A stretch of 64,000 nt of DNA from an uncultured Spirochaetota bacterium (GCA_963768055.1 CAVYGN010000002.1:1056001-1120000), one strand, 5' to 3'. Positions 9,057 to 19,250 are shown, counted from the stretch's first letter. Notes: generated from the sequence alone by a model not told the origin. A program made the numbers and translations.

Positions 9057-10319
9057 ATGCGTAAATTTAGTCAGTCAAGCGTGATAGCGTGTACATCGCT
9101 TTTTATGCTTTTCGCCGCATGCACTTCAGGAATGACAAAGGGCGACCAGACTGTCGTAGAGGAAGACAGGATGTTTGTAGGCGAAGGCAGCGCCGCTGAT
9201 TTCAGTGAAGCTCGCAATAACGCTTATTCGGATGTGATAACAAAAGCGGCCCAGTACATAATGGGCAGCAGTAAATTCGACCTTAATAAAGATAAGATAG
9301 AACAGAAGTTTTTATCGTATGCTGTTGCCAGGAAGTACATTTTAGGTGAAATTGATAAAGTACCGGCTGAAAAACAGAAAAAATGGATATCAAATATGAG
9401 AAATACTGACGGAAATCTTGTTCTAAAGATGCAGGCATATGTATATGTTTCTAAACTTAAAAGCGATATTGAGGCGCTCGATCTTAAAGAATCGGATAAC
9501 CCTGTTAACTATTCGTCTTCCTCTTCTGAAGATCGTCAGGCCAGTACAAACTCTTTAAATATCCCTGATCTTTCATCCCTGACTTTCCTGGTTTTTTACA
9601 ATTCTCAGGATCCTTCGATCAATCAGGATCCGGACCAGGTAACGTACTCGAAATGGGCAATTGACGGCCTTAACAGGGAGCTGTCATCATTAAATGTGAA
9701 AACATTCGACCTTGAAACGGTTGAAAAACTTGCGGACGAAAGGACTCTTATTCAGGAAGAGGGAGAGGGCAATGTCGGGGTTGGTCTTGCTCTTGCCCAG
9801 AAAGTCTATGCTGAACTTTATGCCGAAGTTTTGCCTTCCGTTGCATATGAGGGCGATAAAGCCAGTGTGTTTATTAATGTAAAAGTATATATAAGGACGA
9901 CAGGTGCGCTGATTTCCACGATCGAAAAGTCGGGTCAGCAGTACGAATCCTCATCCCTTGATGTGTCAATTAAAATGAGCATGCACGAGGCTTATAAAAA
10001 AATCATCTCAGACCTCCGGCAAAGCCTTAAAAATTATGTTGAAAACGGGAGGTTTTATTTTATAAGGCTGACAGGTGTAAAATCTTACCGGTATGCAAGC
10101 AAATTTTTATCAGCCGTTAAAAAAATCGACGGGGTAGTCGATATTACTTTGAAATCAGGATCGAAAGATGACATGGTATACGATTTTAATCTTCAGTACA
10201 TGGGAAACCCTACGGATGCGGTCGACAGCGTGTTAAATAAACTATCCGATAAAGAAGGTTTTGAAAAACTCGATCTGAAGGAAATCAGGGGTAACGAGCT
10301 GACGTTTTCCATGGAATAG
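9057..10319 (+). CDS. lipoprotein (LPP20/FlgT-like N-terminus)
   Basis: Lipobox LFAAC; GEGSA...ARNNA motif. Confidence 0.6.
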   Translation: MRKFSQSSVIACTSLFMLFAACTSGMTKGDQTVVEEDRMFVGEGSAADFSEARNNAYSDVITKAAQYIMGSSKFDLNKDKIEQKFLSYAVARKYILGEIDKVPAEKQKKWISNMRNTDGNLVLKMQAYVYVSKLKSDIEALDLKESDNPVNYSSSSSEDRQASTNSLNIPDLSSLTFLVFYNSQDPSINQDPDQVTYSKWAIDGLNRELSSLNVKTFDLETVEKLADERTLIQEEGEGNVGVGLALAQKVYAELYAEVLPSVAYEGDKASVFINVKVYIRTTGALISTIEKSGQQYESSSLDVSIKMSMHEAYKKIISDLRQSLKNYVENGRFYFIRLTGVKSYRYASKFLSAVKKIDGVVDITLKSGSKDDMVYDFNLQYMGNPTDAVDSVLNKLSDKEGFEKLDLKEIRGNELTFSME

Positions 10320-10356
10320 TTTTAACCATATATAATTCTATAAAGGAGGAATAGTT

Positions 10357-11025
10357 ATGAAGAAAATCGGATTATTTATCGGTATAGCGATTGCCGCCGG
10401 TTTAATCGTTTCATGCGGGGGGACAAAACCGCAGCCTCAACCCCAGCCGCAGCCCCCGAAGGTTGAGGATAATACGGCAAAAATACAGATTTTTGTTCTC
10501 CAAAAAAGCGAGGATCCGACGCCGGCTTGGATAAACAAGAGATGGGAGCTGGGCAAGGATGAAACCGGAAGAAAGGTTATGTATCTAACCGTTGAAGGCG
10601 AGAAAAACACAAAAGAAAAAGCCCGCTATGACGCTGAAAGCCAGAAAATTGCCCGTATGACGGAGTTGATCAAACAGGTTGCGACAAGAGAATTTGCTGT
10701 AGCGAAAAGCGGTATGCTTAATGATGAAACGGACCTTGATTCATATTTTGAGGAAACGATCGCCGCTGTATCTAAAAATGTCAATATCAGCGGGGCTATC
10801 AATGTCGCCGATTACTGGGAATACATCCAGGAAGTCCAGGGCGACCAATCCAAAACATATTACCGTTATGTCCAGAGATATGCGATGGATTTCGAGACAT
10901 ACCAGAAGGCTTTGAGCCAGTCATGGCAGCCCGAGAAGAAAAAAGTGCCGCCTGAATTGAAAGACAAGGCTGACAAGGTTATCGACAGCATAAATAAAAG
11001 TGAAGATCTTCCGGCTGACCAGTAG
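10357..11025 (+). CDS. lipoprotein with PQ linker (LPP20-like)
   Basis: LIVSC lipobox, PQPQPQPQP linker, GGAGG RBS. Confidence 0.7.
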   Translation: MKKIGLFIGIAIAAGLIVSCGGTKPQPQPQPQPPKVEDNTAKIQIFVLQKSEDPTPAWINKRWELGKDETGRKVMYLTVEGEKNTKEKARYDAESQKIARMTELIKQVATREFAVAKSGMLNDETDLDSYFEETIAAVSKNVNISGAINVADYWEYIQEVQGDQSKTYYRYVQRYAMDFETYQKALSQSWQPEKKKVPPELKDKADKVIDSINKSEDLPADQ

Positions 11026-11044
11026 AATATTATCGCTTATTTTC

Positions 11045-11081
11045 GGCCCCGCCCCTTTTATAGGAGCGGGGCCATATTTTT
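11045..11081 (+). terminator. intrinsic terminator
   Basis: GGCCCCGC...GCGGGGCC hairpin followed by a T-rich tail. Confidence 0.65.
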
Positions 11082-11173
11082 ATAAGGGCCGGACGGATTT
11101 TAAATTTTGTCATTATTTAAAAAATAATTTATAATACCGTTGCGTATAAATATAACAATAATAAGGTAATATA

Positions 11174-12643
11174 ATGAAAATTCGTTTAAAATCACTTGTA
11201 CAGCTTTTTTCATTAATATTCATAGATCTCGCGGCATATTACATATGCCTGTTCCTGGCGGTTTTCATCGAGCTCAATCTTAAACTGCTCTTTAATTTTA
11301 ATTATATTTTCAGCAGGGACAATTTTTCCGGTTTCCTGTTCAGTTTTAATTATTTATTCTCCCTATGGTGGATACCGCTTTCTTATATTATTGTTCTTTA
11401 TTTTGAAAAGATGTATATGGCGCGATACCCTTTCTGGGAAGAATCCAGGGTAATTTTCAAATCTGTGACGATAGCGGTATTATTTGTGTTCCTGACTATA
11501 ACAGTGAGGAATTTTCTTGGAAACATCCCGAGGACTTTCCTGTTATATCTCTGGTTTTTCCTTATTTTTATCCTGCCGTTCGTGCGTTACAGGGGTAAAA
11601 AGCTCCTTTTCAAGATAGGTTTATGGAAAGAATCTGTATTGATCATCGGACTGAGCGAAAGGGCTATCAGCGCGGTCGAGGGTTTAACCAAAGAGGAACA
11701 ACTTGGATATTCTGTAATAGGTTTCCTGGTTGATACGCCCTCCGATAAAAAATCAGTTGAGATCCGGGGAAAAACATATAAAATTTATACGGGTATTAAA
11801 AACATTGGAAAATTCGTGAAATTGCTTAAAATTGAAACCGTCTTTATCGCAGACCCCTACATAGACGAAAAGGAGCTTACAGAATTCATAAACGAAATAT
11901 ACAAGCATGTGAAAAGGGTCGTAATTATTCCTAATATAAAGGGAGTCGCGATCTTCAATTCCGAACTTCATTACCTGTTTATGGAAAAATTATTTCTGAT
12001 CCAGGTCAACAATAACCTTAATTCAATACCCAACATGTCGGCTAAGAGGTTTTTTGATTTTGCAGGAGCGGCGATCGGATTTATAATCATTCTTCCTTTT
12101 TTTCTTATAATAGCGTTGCTTGTAAAATTGACGTCTAAAGGGAGCGTTTTTTTTATTCAAAAGAGGATCGGCAGGCATGGAAGGGAGTTTAATATCTTTA
12201 AATTCAGGACGATGTATGTCAATGCCGACAAGAGGCTTAATAATATACTGCAGGTTAATCCCGGAGCTCAAAAGGAGTGGGAGGAGAATTTCAAGCTTAA
12301 AAACGATCCCCGTACTACTCCGATAGGGAAATTTCTTAGAAGAATGAGCATTGATGAATGGCCCCAGTTGTTCAACATCTTACTGGGAGAAATGAGCCTT
12401 GTCGGCCCGCGTCCTGTGATAATGGAAGAAATCGATAAATATTATGGAAATTTCAAGCAGTATTACTATTCAGTCCGTCCAGGCCTTGCCGGATTATGGC
12501 AGGTGAGCGGCAGAAGCGATACGGACTATTCGTTCAGGGTCCAGACAGATGTTTGGTATGTGCAGAATTGGTCGATATGGCTCGATATCACAATTATTTT
12601 TAAGGCAGTGGCCGTTGTTATAAAGAAAGAGGGGGCTTATTAA
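11174..12643 (+). CDS. wbaP: undecaprenyl-phosphate sugar phosphotransferase (WbaP family)
   Basis: N-terminal TMs; KFRTM, NDPR, DEWPQLFN.L.GEMSLVGPRP, RPGLAGLWQVSGRS. Confidence 0.9.
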   Translation: MKIRLKSLVQLFSLIFIDLAAYYICLFLAVFIELNLKLLFNFNYIFSRDNFSGFLFSFNYLFSLWWIPLSYIIVLYFEKMYMARYPFWEESRVIFKSVTIAVLFVFLTITVRNFLGNIPRTFLLYLWFFLIFILPFVRYRGKKLLFKIGLWKESVLIIGLSERAISAVEGLTKEEQLGYSVIGFLVDTPSDKKSVEIRGKTYKIYTGIKNIGKFVKLLKIETVFIADPYIDEKELTEFINEIYKHVKRVVIIPNIKGVAIFNSELHYLFMEKLFLIQVNNNLNSIPNMSAKRFFDFAGAAIGFIIILPFFLIIALLVKLTSKGSVFFIQKRIGRHGREFNIFKFRTMYVNADKRLNNILQVNPGAQKEWEENFKLKNDPRTTPIGKFLRRMSIDEWPQLFNILLGEMSLVGPRPVIMEEIDKYYGNFKQYYYSVRPGLAGLWQVSGRSDTDYSFRVQTDVWYVQNWSIWLDITIIFKAVAVVIKKEGAY

Positions 12644-12697
12644 GTTATCTCAATCTTTTCCGCTTTTTGCCGATTTTATAGAAAGCGGGAGTTTTTT

Positions 12698-13321
12698 ATG
12701 AAGGAAACAGCCGTTTCAATCATTCTGGCGGTACTGATATCGTCTATTTCATATTCTGGACCCAGGGATTTCGGATACCAGCCGATGCACCAGAAAATCC
12801 ATTATAAGGAAGATTTCTATCGACTGTATAATGAATGGCTCTATTCCGACCCGGATTCGATCAGCCGGAACATTTATTTCCTTGAAATGGCCGAGGTTGT
12901 TCCATTCGACAATCCGATCAAAGCGCTCACTCCCATAACCAACGATATGCAGTATGAGAGATATAAAAATCTATTGATGATGCATATCTGCTCCCTCCTT
13001 ACAAAAGGATATATCGATTACGGATATCTTTATATGAAGGAGCATATTTATTTCTTTAACGCCGAATATAAAAAAGATTACCTGGACGGTTACGATATCG
13101 CAGAATATTATTTCCATCATGCGAAAAATTATTGGGATAAAACGATCGAATACGCTAACAGCGCCGATAAAATTAGGGGTTTCAAGACAGATATGATATA
13201 TATCGAAGATGAACTTTTCAAAATTCAAAACGGGGGGCTTGACTACTATAAAGTAGTTGATAACCTTCTAGGCCGTATCGACAATAACCGCAAAATCTTA
13301 GCCGGAATATCCAATTATTGA
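12698..13321 (+). CDS. exported hypothetical protein
   Basis: 207-aa ORF, GGGAG RBS, signal-like N-terminus. Confidence 0.7.
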   Translation: MKETAVSIILAVLISSISYSGPRDFGYQPMHQKIHYKEDFYRLYNEWLYSDPDSISRNIYFLEMAEVVPFDNPIKALTPITNDMQYERYKNLLMMHICSLLTKGYIDYGYLYMKEHIYFFNAEYKKDYLDGYDIAEYYFHHAKNYWDKTIEYANSADKIRGFKTDMIYIEDELFKIQNGGLDYYKVVDNLLGRIDNNRKILAGISNY

Positions 13322-13327
13322 TTATTA

Positions 13328-13377
13328 TTGACATAATACTACGGACGTAGTAAAATAATAATACTACGAATGTAGTA
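13328..13377 (+). promoter_or_regulatory. degP promoter with two palindromic operators
   Basis: TTGACA-17-TAAAAT (13328-13356); TACTAC-N4-GTAGTA at 13337-13352 and 13362-13377. Confidence 0.8.
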
Positions 13378-13465
13378 GTATCCGGGGGCCGACCTTGATT
13401 ATTAATGGCAGGATTATTATATTAATTTTAGCCAATTAAAATAATTGCAATTTAGGAGGACAACT

Positions 13466-14953
13466 ATGAAAGGCTCGAAAAAAGCGGTGACCGTTTCATT
13501 GTTTGCTGTGCTTATAGCAGGGCTGGTGTTCTTTATATCGTGCAATACGATATTTCCCAAGGTATTGAATTATCAGACTCAAAATAAGCAGCTTGAAAGC
13601 GCGGATGGAATGGACCTTCTGGTTAAACTGCAGAACGTATACAGGAGTGTAGCTAAAGCAATTATGCCGGCTGTTGTTATGATCAGCGTTGAAAGCGAGC
13701 AGACTGTAGAAAATCCCTACAGTGAATTCTTCAACGATCCCTTTTTCAGGAGATTTTTCGGGGAAGACAACATGGGGCCCAGGCAATACAAGCAAAAATT
13801 ACAGATGGTCGGTTCAGGGTTTATAGTCACTAAAGACGGATATCTTTTCAGCAATTACCATGTCGTGAGAAACGCAACAAAGGTTGAAGTTACTTTAGCC
13901 GATAACAGGAAGTTCAAGGCTAAAGTTGTAGGCGTCGATGCCGACACCGATGTGGCGCTTTTGAAGATTAACGGGGACAATCTGCCGGTAATTCCCCTTG
14001 GTGATTCCGGCGAGGTACAGGTCGGCGATCTTGTGATCGCAGTGGGCAGTCCGTTCGGTTTAAGCGGGACTTACACGACCGGGGTCGTCAGCGCTATCGG
14101 AAGGCCGGGCCTGAATTCGGGTTTCCAGCATTTTATACAGACTGACGCTGCGATTAATCCCGGTAATTCGGGTGGACCTCTTATCAATATAAAAGGGCAG
14201 GTAATAGCTATAAATACGGCCATACAGTCCCAGAGCGGCGGTTTTCAGGGAATAGGCTATTCGATCCCGATAAATATTGTTAAAAATGTAGTCGACCAGA
14301 TACAGGAGCATGGAAAAGTCGAACGCGGATATTTGGGGATAAGCATAACCGCTATAGATTCCACATCCAGGAAACTATTAGGCCTTACAGAAAATGAAGG
14401 CGTCATGGTTTCGAAGGTTGAAAAGGGAAGCTCGGCTGATAAAGCCGGAATTAAGAGCGGGGATATAATCATCTCTGTTAACGGTAATTCTGTCGGCAAT
14501 CCTGACAATCTTCAGGAAGCGATAGGTGAACAGTCTCCGGGCACAGTCGTGCAGCTCCAGGTATTACGCGACAAGAAAAAAATGGAATTCGGCGTAAAAC
14601 TCAACGAAAGACCGGGCATAGTTGCCGGTAATAACGGCGGCGGGGAGAATAAATCAGAACCCCAGAAAGAGGGTGAAACCTATGAATTTTTAGGTGTAAC
14701 TTTCAGCGACACTCCCCAGGACTTGCTTGATAAGAACGGCGCCGAATTCGGAGTTCTTGTCGATTCCGTTAAAGATAGCAGCGCTTTATCCGGTGTTCTG
14801 GCCGAAGGGCAGATAATCGCCGGAATAAACGGGACGCCGGTCAAAAGCCTGAAAGATCTCAAAACCTTCGCGGATAGCAATAAGAACGCCAAGGCTTTTA
14901 CATTTTTGATAATCCAGGACGGTATGATGCTCTACCGGGGGATAGAAAAATAA
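13466..14953 (+). CDS. degP: HtrA/DegP serine protease with two PDZ domains, probable lipoprotein
   Basis: GSGFI, NYHVV, IQTDAAINPGNSGGPL; FFISC lipobox; AGGAGG RBS. Confidence 0.92.
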   Translation: MKGSKKAVTVSLFAVLIAGLVFFISCNTIFPKVLNYQTQNKQLESADGMDLLVKLQNVYRSVAKAIMPAVVMISVESEQTVENPYSEFFNDPFFRRFFGEDNMGPRQYKQKLQMVGSGFIVTKDGYLFSNYHVVRNATKVEVTLADNRKFKAKVVGVDADTDVALLKINGDNLPVIPLGDSGEVQVGDLVIAVGSPFGLSGTYTTGVVSAIGRPGLNSGFQHFIQTDAAINPGNSGGPLINIKGQVIAINTAIQSQSGGFQGIGYSIPINIVKNVVDQIQEHGKVERGYLGISITAIDSTSRKLLGLTENEGVMVSKVEKGSSADKAGIKSGDIIISVNGNSVGNPDNLQEAIGEQSPGTVVQLQVLRDKKKMEFGVKLNERPGIVAGNNGGGENKSEPQKEGETYEFLGVTFSDTPQDLLDKNGAEFGVLVDSVKDSSALSGVLAEGQIIAGINGTPVKSLKDLKTFADSNKNAKAFTFLIIQDGMMLYRGIEK

Positions 14954-14977
14954 TAAGTAATGGTTTAACAAATCGGC

Positions 14978-15008
14978 CGGGCCGGGGTTTATCCTGGCCC
15001 GTTTTTTT
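14978..15008 (+). terminator. intrinsic terminator after degP
   Basis: CGGGCCGGG...CCTGGCCCG followed by T7. Confidence 0.75.
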
Positions 15009-15612
15009 ATTTAACCGTGAATGTCTTCCTGTGATAGGGTGAAAAGCCGAATTTACGGATAGCTTCCCTGTGGTCCGCAGTACCATATCCCTTGTTTTTA
15101 TCCCATCCGTAAACGGGATATTCTTCATGGAGCCTGTCCATAATACTGTCTCTGGAGACTTTAGCGATTATTGAAGCTGCGGCTATGCTGAAACTCTTTT
15201 GATCGCCCTTTATTATTGTTTTTACGGGTATGTCGAGCTGGAGAGGCACCGCGTCGATAAGGACATAGTCGGGTTTGATTGAAAGCCCTCTGACAGCCTC
15301 ATGCATGGAAAGCTTTGTCGCTTCGAGAATGTTTATTCTGTCAATGGTTTCGTTATCGATAATTCCTACTCCATAGCAGGAACAATTTTCAATAATAAGT
15401 CTATACAGGAAGCTTCTTCTGGACGCCGTAAGGGCTTTTGAATCGTATACACCCTCGACAACTTTATAGGGATTAAAAATTACACAGGCAGATACTACAG
15501 GCCCGGCCAGGGGGCCCCTGCCTGCTTCGTCCATACCCGCTATATTCCGGTACCCGTTCCGCCAGAGGTCTTTTTCCGTGTCGATTATGCTCTGAACCGG
15601 AGGGACAGGCAT
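15007..15612 (-). CDS. rnhB: ribonuclease HII
   Basis: GMDEAGRGPLAGPV, DSK, SIAAASIIAKVSRD, NKGYGT. Confidence 0.96.
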   Translation of the reverse strand: MPVPPVQSIIDTEKDLWRNGYRNIAGMDEAGRGPLAGPVVSACVIFNPYKVVEGVYDSKALTASRRSFLYRLIIENCSCYGVGIIDNETIDRINILEATKLSMHEAVRGLSIKPDYVLIDAVPLQLDIPVKTIIKGDQKSFSIAAASIIAKVSRDSIMDRLHEEYPVYGWDKNKGYGTADHREAIRKFGFSPYHRKTFTVK

Positions 15613-16064
15613 TATACTTTTTCAGTAATGACAGCCGATTTGCCGAAACGCCCGCGGAGATAATAAATTTTAGATCTCCTGACGCGTCCTCTTCTGATGA
15701 GATCGATTTTATCTATGTAAGGCGAATAAAAAGGAAAAACCCTTTCTATCGCCACTCCATAACTTATCCTTCTTACAATAAAACTCTTTCTGATTCCGGC
15801 GTGTCTGATTGCAAGAACGACCCCTTCATAAGGCTGTACCCTGTGTTTGTCCCCCTCGATTATCTTTACAAAGACTTTTACAGTATCGCCTACATTGAAC
15901 GCGGGATATTTACCCGCATTATGCTGAAGGTCGAGAAAGGACTTTTCGATTGTTTCGATCGAATTCTTTATTTTTTTTTCAGCGACAACCGCTTCTTCTT
16001 TATCAGGAATCGATTCTTCTTTTTGGGGCTGGGTATTTTCTTCGGTTTTAATTTCGTCTGCCAT
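15612..16064 (-). CDS. rplS: 50S ribosomal protein L19 with acidic N-terminal extension
   Basis: FNVGDTVKV, VRRISYGV.IERVFP, GRVRRSKIYYLR. Confidence 0.95.
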   Translation of the reverse strand: MADEIKTEENTQPQKEESIPDKEEAVVAEKKIKNSIETIEKSFLDLQHNAGKYPAFNVGDTVKVFVKIIEGDKHRVQPYEGVVLAIRHAGIRKSFIVRRISYGVAIERVFPFYSPYIDKIDLIRRGRVRRSKIYYLRGRFGKSAVITEKV

Positions 16065-16860
16065 GCTTCCACTCCTTAGAAATATTTTGTATAGTCAACA
16101 GGAAATCCTTCATCTGCTCATTTATCCGCCTTAGCTTTTTTAGCGGGTCTGTCGTTTCTCCGGTATTATATTCAGGGTTGTAGCTTAACAGGAGATCTAT
16201 CCTGTTATTATACGTTTTTTTCAGGCTGCTCTTAAAACGCGCAGTTCTAATCCGTTCATGATCCCCGCTTCTTAGCACTTCCGGGACGCTGCGGCCCATG
16301 AAATCCAGCGGTTCTGTATAATGATCGTATTCGAGCAGGCCGAATTCAAAACTTTCGTCATTCTTTGAATTTTCTTTTATCGAGCCTTCAAGAAAACGCG
16401 TTACGGAATCTAAAACAGCCAGGGCCGGAATTTCCCCTCCGGTCAGTATGTAATCTCCTATGGAAATTTCATCATCTACCGCGGTTTCAACGATCCTGGA
16501 ATCAATCCCCTCGTATCTTGCGCATATAAGTATCAAACTTCGCTCTTTCGAGAGTCTTTTCGCTTCACCCGAGTCTAATTTTCTCCCTCCGGGTGTCATA
16601 TAAATAACACGGCTCCCGGGGTATCTTTCTTTTATATCCTGAATGGCTTTATAAATAGGCTCCGGTCGGAAAAGCATCCCTTTCCCGTGCCCGAATATCC
16701 CTTCGTCTATCCGGCCGTCTCCGTTTTTGGAGGTGGAAAAATCTCTTAGATTTACCACATTAACATCTAATATCCCCCGGTTAATAGCCTTTGAAATAAT
16801 ACCAAACCGGAGATATTCCGTTATCATTTCCGGAAAAATGGTAACGATATTGAAAATCAC
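16048..16860 (-). CDS. trmD: tRNA (m1G37) methyltransferase
   Basis: RYEGIDSR, SIGDYILTGGE, VPEVLRSGDH. Confidence 0.95.
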   Translation of the reverse strand: MIFNIVTIFPEMITEYLRFGIISKAINRGILDVNVVNLRDFSTSKNGDGRIDEGIFGHGKGMLFRPEPIYKAIQDIKERYPGSRVIYMTPGGRKLDSGEAKRLSKERSLILICARYEGIDSRIVETAVDDEISIGDYILTGGEIPALAVLDSVTRFLEGSIKENSKNDESFEFGLLEYDHYTEPLDFMGRSVPEVLRSGDHERIRTARFKSSLKKTYNNRIDLLLSYNPEYNTGETTDPLKKLRRINEQMKDFLLTIQNISKEWKHGRRN

Positions 16861-16870
16861 TTGCTTCTCT

Positions 16871-17380
16871 CTATAAAAGTTCTTCTAAATTCCTGGCGGT
16901 AATCGCCTTATTTTTTATATCGACTTCCATTATGTATTTATCGCTAAAAGGTACAGCCAATTCCCTGTTATTGGGAAGTTTTATTATCAGCATAGCCTTG
17001 CTGGCTATCATCAGAACGTTTGAAATCTTACCGATCAGGGCAGATTTTTCGTAAACTTCGGTGCCGTATAAATCTTTTATATAAAATGAGTTTCCTTTTA
17101 ACTCCGGAATTTCTTCCTGATCGACGAATATTTCCCGGTTACTCATCATTTCAGACGAGTTTCTATCGTCGCATCCGCCGATCTTAACGATAGTATGCCC
17201 CATCTGTTCTGTAATTTTCTCGAAAACTATCTCCTGGAAATTTAAATCATCGATTTTAGTCTTTATATAAAAATGCGAATAATCTTTGAGTTCCTGTAAG
17301 CTGTCTATGTAAAAAATCGCTTTTATAAGGCCTTTCAAACCGTATGGTTTGATAAGCTTACCTATCAACAGGGCATTCAT
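16871..17380 (-). CDS. rimM: ribosome maturation factor RimM
   Basis: IGKLIKPYGLKG, FYIKDLYG; position within the rpsP operon. Confidence 0.88.
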   Translation of the reverse strand: MNALLIGKLIKPYGLKGLIKAIFYIDSLQELKDYSHFYIKTKIDDLNFQEIVFEKITEQMGHTIVKIGGCDDRNSSEMMSNREIFVDQEEIPELKGNSFYIKDLYGTEVYEKSALIGKISNVLMIASKAMLIIKLPNNRELAVPFSDKYIMEVDIKNKAITARNLEELL

Positions 17381-17385
17381 ATGCG

Positions 17386-17622
17386 CTAATCCAGGATTTC
17401 AAGGATTACCCTTCGTCCGTTTTTAACCGATACGGCGTTGACAATGGTCCTGATTGACTTGGCTATCACTCCATGCCGTCCAATAACTTTTCCGACTTCA
17501 CCAGCGCCGACTTTTAATTCAAGTATGGTAGATTTCTCACCGTCTACGACGTTGATGCTGACAGCAGAAGGATCGTCCACGAGGCTCTGTACAATTAATT
17601 CGACGATTTCTTTCTCTTTCAT
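17386..17622 (-). CDS. khpA: KH-domain RNA-binding protein KhpA
   Basis: GKVIGRHG..AKSIR; lies between rpsP and rimM. Confidence 0.9.
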   Translation of the reverse strand: MKEKEIVELIVQSLVDDPSAVSINVVDGEKSTILELKVGAGEVGKVIGRHGVIAKSIRTIVNAVSVKNGRRVILEILD

Positions 17623-17626
17623 AGAG

Positions 17627-17875
17627 TTATGCTCCTGCTTTACGCATTCTCCTGGCTATGTCCCTGACTATATTGCTGACCTTTGCCCCTTTATTAATCC
17701 ACTCGTCGTATTTTTGAAGATCGATATTGGTATTGCTGGAATCTTCGATCGGCTGGTAATGTCCAAGACAGTCAATATATGCCCCGTCACGCGGATCGCG
17801 GCTGTCCAGAACGACTATGCGGTAATAAGGCCTTTTGGATTTTCCAATTCTATTTAACCTGATATGAGCGGCCAA
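17627..17875 (-). CDS. rpsP: 30S ribosomal protein S16
   Basis: IRLNRIGK.KRPYYRIVV.DSR.PRDG; TTG start with GGGAGGA RBS. Confidence 0.96.
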   Translation of the reverse strand: MAAHIRLNRIGKSKRPYYRIVVLDSRDPRDGAYIDCLGHYQPIEDSSNTNIDLQKYDEWINKGAKVSNIVRDIARRMRKAGA

Positions 17876-17907
17876 TGGATTCCTCCCATGATAAAAATCG
17901 AGTTACT

Positions 17908-17936
17908 ATTATAAATTTATGAGATGCCTTTGTCAA
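17908..17936 (-). promoter_or_regulatory. consensus sigma70 promoter of the rpsP operon
   Basis: TTGACA-17-TATAAT on the minus strand. Confidence 0.8.
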
Positions 17937-17969
17937 ATCTTTTGCCTGATTATGATTGGGGACCTCTCA

Positions 17970-18223
17970 AACAATATTATAATCTTTCTTGAACCAATTT
18001 TTTTATCTCACGGGATTCAGAAGCTTGAACTGTAGCGGCTCAAACGGCGGCAAGCGTTGATTGAATTCTTTTTAATAAAAAATATTTTTATTCTCTATAT
18101 GAATTGATTAAATACAATGACCGGTTAAGTATAAACGCCTGCTTTCGCCGTTTTTCGCCGGCAGTTCTATCGCTTCTTCATAAGGTTCGATAAAAAAATT
18201 GGTTCATAGAGCATAATATTGTT
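17970..18223. repeat. 254-bp rod-like palindromic element, copy 2
   Basis: 11-bp terminal IR AACAATATTAT/ATAATATTGTT, 18-bp perfect IR 17990-18007/18189-18206; homologous to 4356-4620 in the opposite orientation. Confidence 0.85.
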
Positions 18224-18261
18224 ATGAATTCGGTGAAAAAGGGTTAGAGCGACAGACTTCT

Positions 18262-19191
18262 TCAGGAAGGTATTTTCAATATATCCGCCGCGCTGCCGGC
18301 ATGGAAAAAATAGCCTGATTCCCCATGATAATAACGGTCGAGAGGCCGTGGAACCGGCTCTGTGAAAATGCTCATCAGTTTTTTTGCAAAAGAAACATCT
18401 ATCGTATGTCCGCCCTTAAATACAATGATAAAACCTTTTATATCGAAGTTAAGAAGGGCTAAACTGCCTATCAAATCAAGGATTTTATGCCTTACAGGTT
18501 CGTCATGAAAACGCGAGGAGTTAAGGATCTTGTTTTCCTTTTTGCTGAAAGCCTGAACATTGTCAAATGTAACGCCTCTGACGAGGCCGCTTTTCTGGTA
18601 ATTTTCAAGATCTTCCACAAAACCGAAGGTTCGGGCGCCGCAGATATCCTTTATGAAGATTTCGGTTGAAATTTCAGTATTGAAAGTCTGAGTTCCTATC
18701 GGCGAACCTGGAAAGGAAATCGTATAGCTTATCTTGAACCCGTTGTAAGGCAGGGCCACTATATATTTGTCCGAAAGGGTTGCCCAGATAGGATTTATAA
18801 TCATAAATTCCTCGCGGTCCCTGTCTTGTTCTATGACACCTGTTTTAATAAGTCCCTCCACGAAAAACTTTGCGCTTCCGTCAAGGATGGGTATTTCATT
18901 TGAACTGCATTCAATTATGCAGTTATCGATATGGCAGGCATATAGAGCCGATACAAGATGTTCAACCGTCTTTATTACCACCTTGCCGTTGGATATAGCT
19001 ATATTATTCTGAGTATCAACGATATTCTCAATGCTGTAAGGGATAAATTCTTTTGCAGACGGGGTTTTGCTTAAAAATAAAAGGCCGGTATCTTCCGGGG
19101 CGGGTTTAAGAGTTATCCGGCACTCATGCCCGCTATGCAGGCCTGTTCCCTTGAAATCTATGCTGGTTTTCAATGTACACTGTTTTCTCAT
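18262..19191 (-). CDS. lpxC: UDP-3-O-acyl-GlcNAc deacetylase
   Basis: GTGLHSG, TVEHL, EIPILDGSA, ARTFGF, EPVRHKILDLIG. Confidence 0.95.
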   Translation of the reverse strand: MRKQCTLKTSIDFKGTGLHSGHECRITLKPAPEDTGLLFLSKTPSAKEFIPYSIENIVDTQNNIAISNGKVVIKTVEHLVSALYACHIDNCIIECSSNEIPILDGSAKFFVEGLIKTGVIEQDRDREEFMIINPIWATLSDKYIVALPYNGFKISYTISFPGSPIGTQTFNTEISTEIFIKDICGARTFGFVEDLENYQKSGLVRGVTFDNVQAFSKKENKILNSSRFHDEPVRHKILDLIGSLALLNFDIKGFIIVFKGGHTIDVSFAKKLMSIFTEPVPRPLDRYYHGESGYFFHAGSAADILKIPS

Positions 19192-19250
19192 TAGCTCGCT
19201 CCATATATTGCCGGAATTCCAATAATTTTATTGAAATTATATTTATATGC

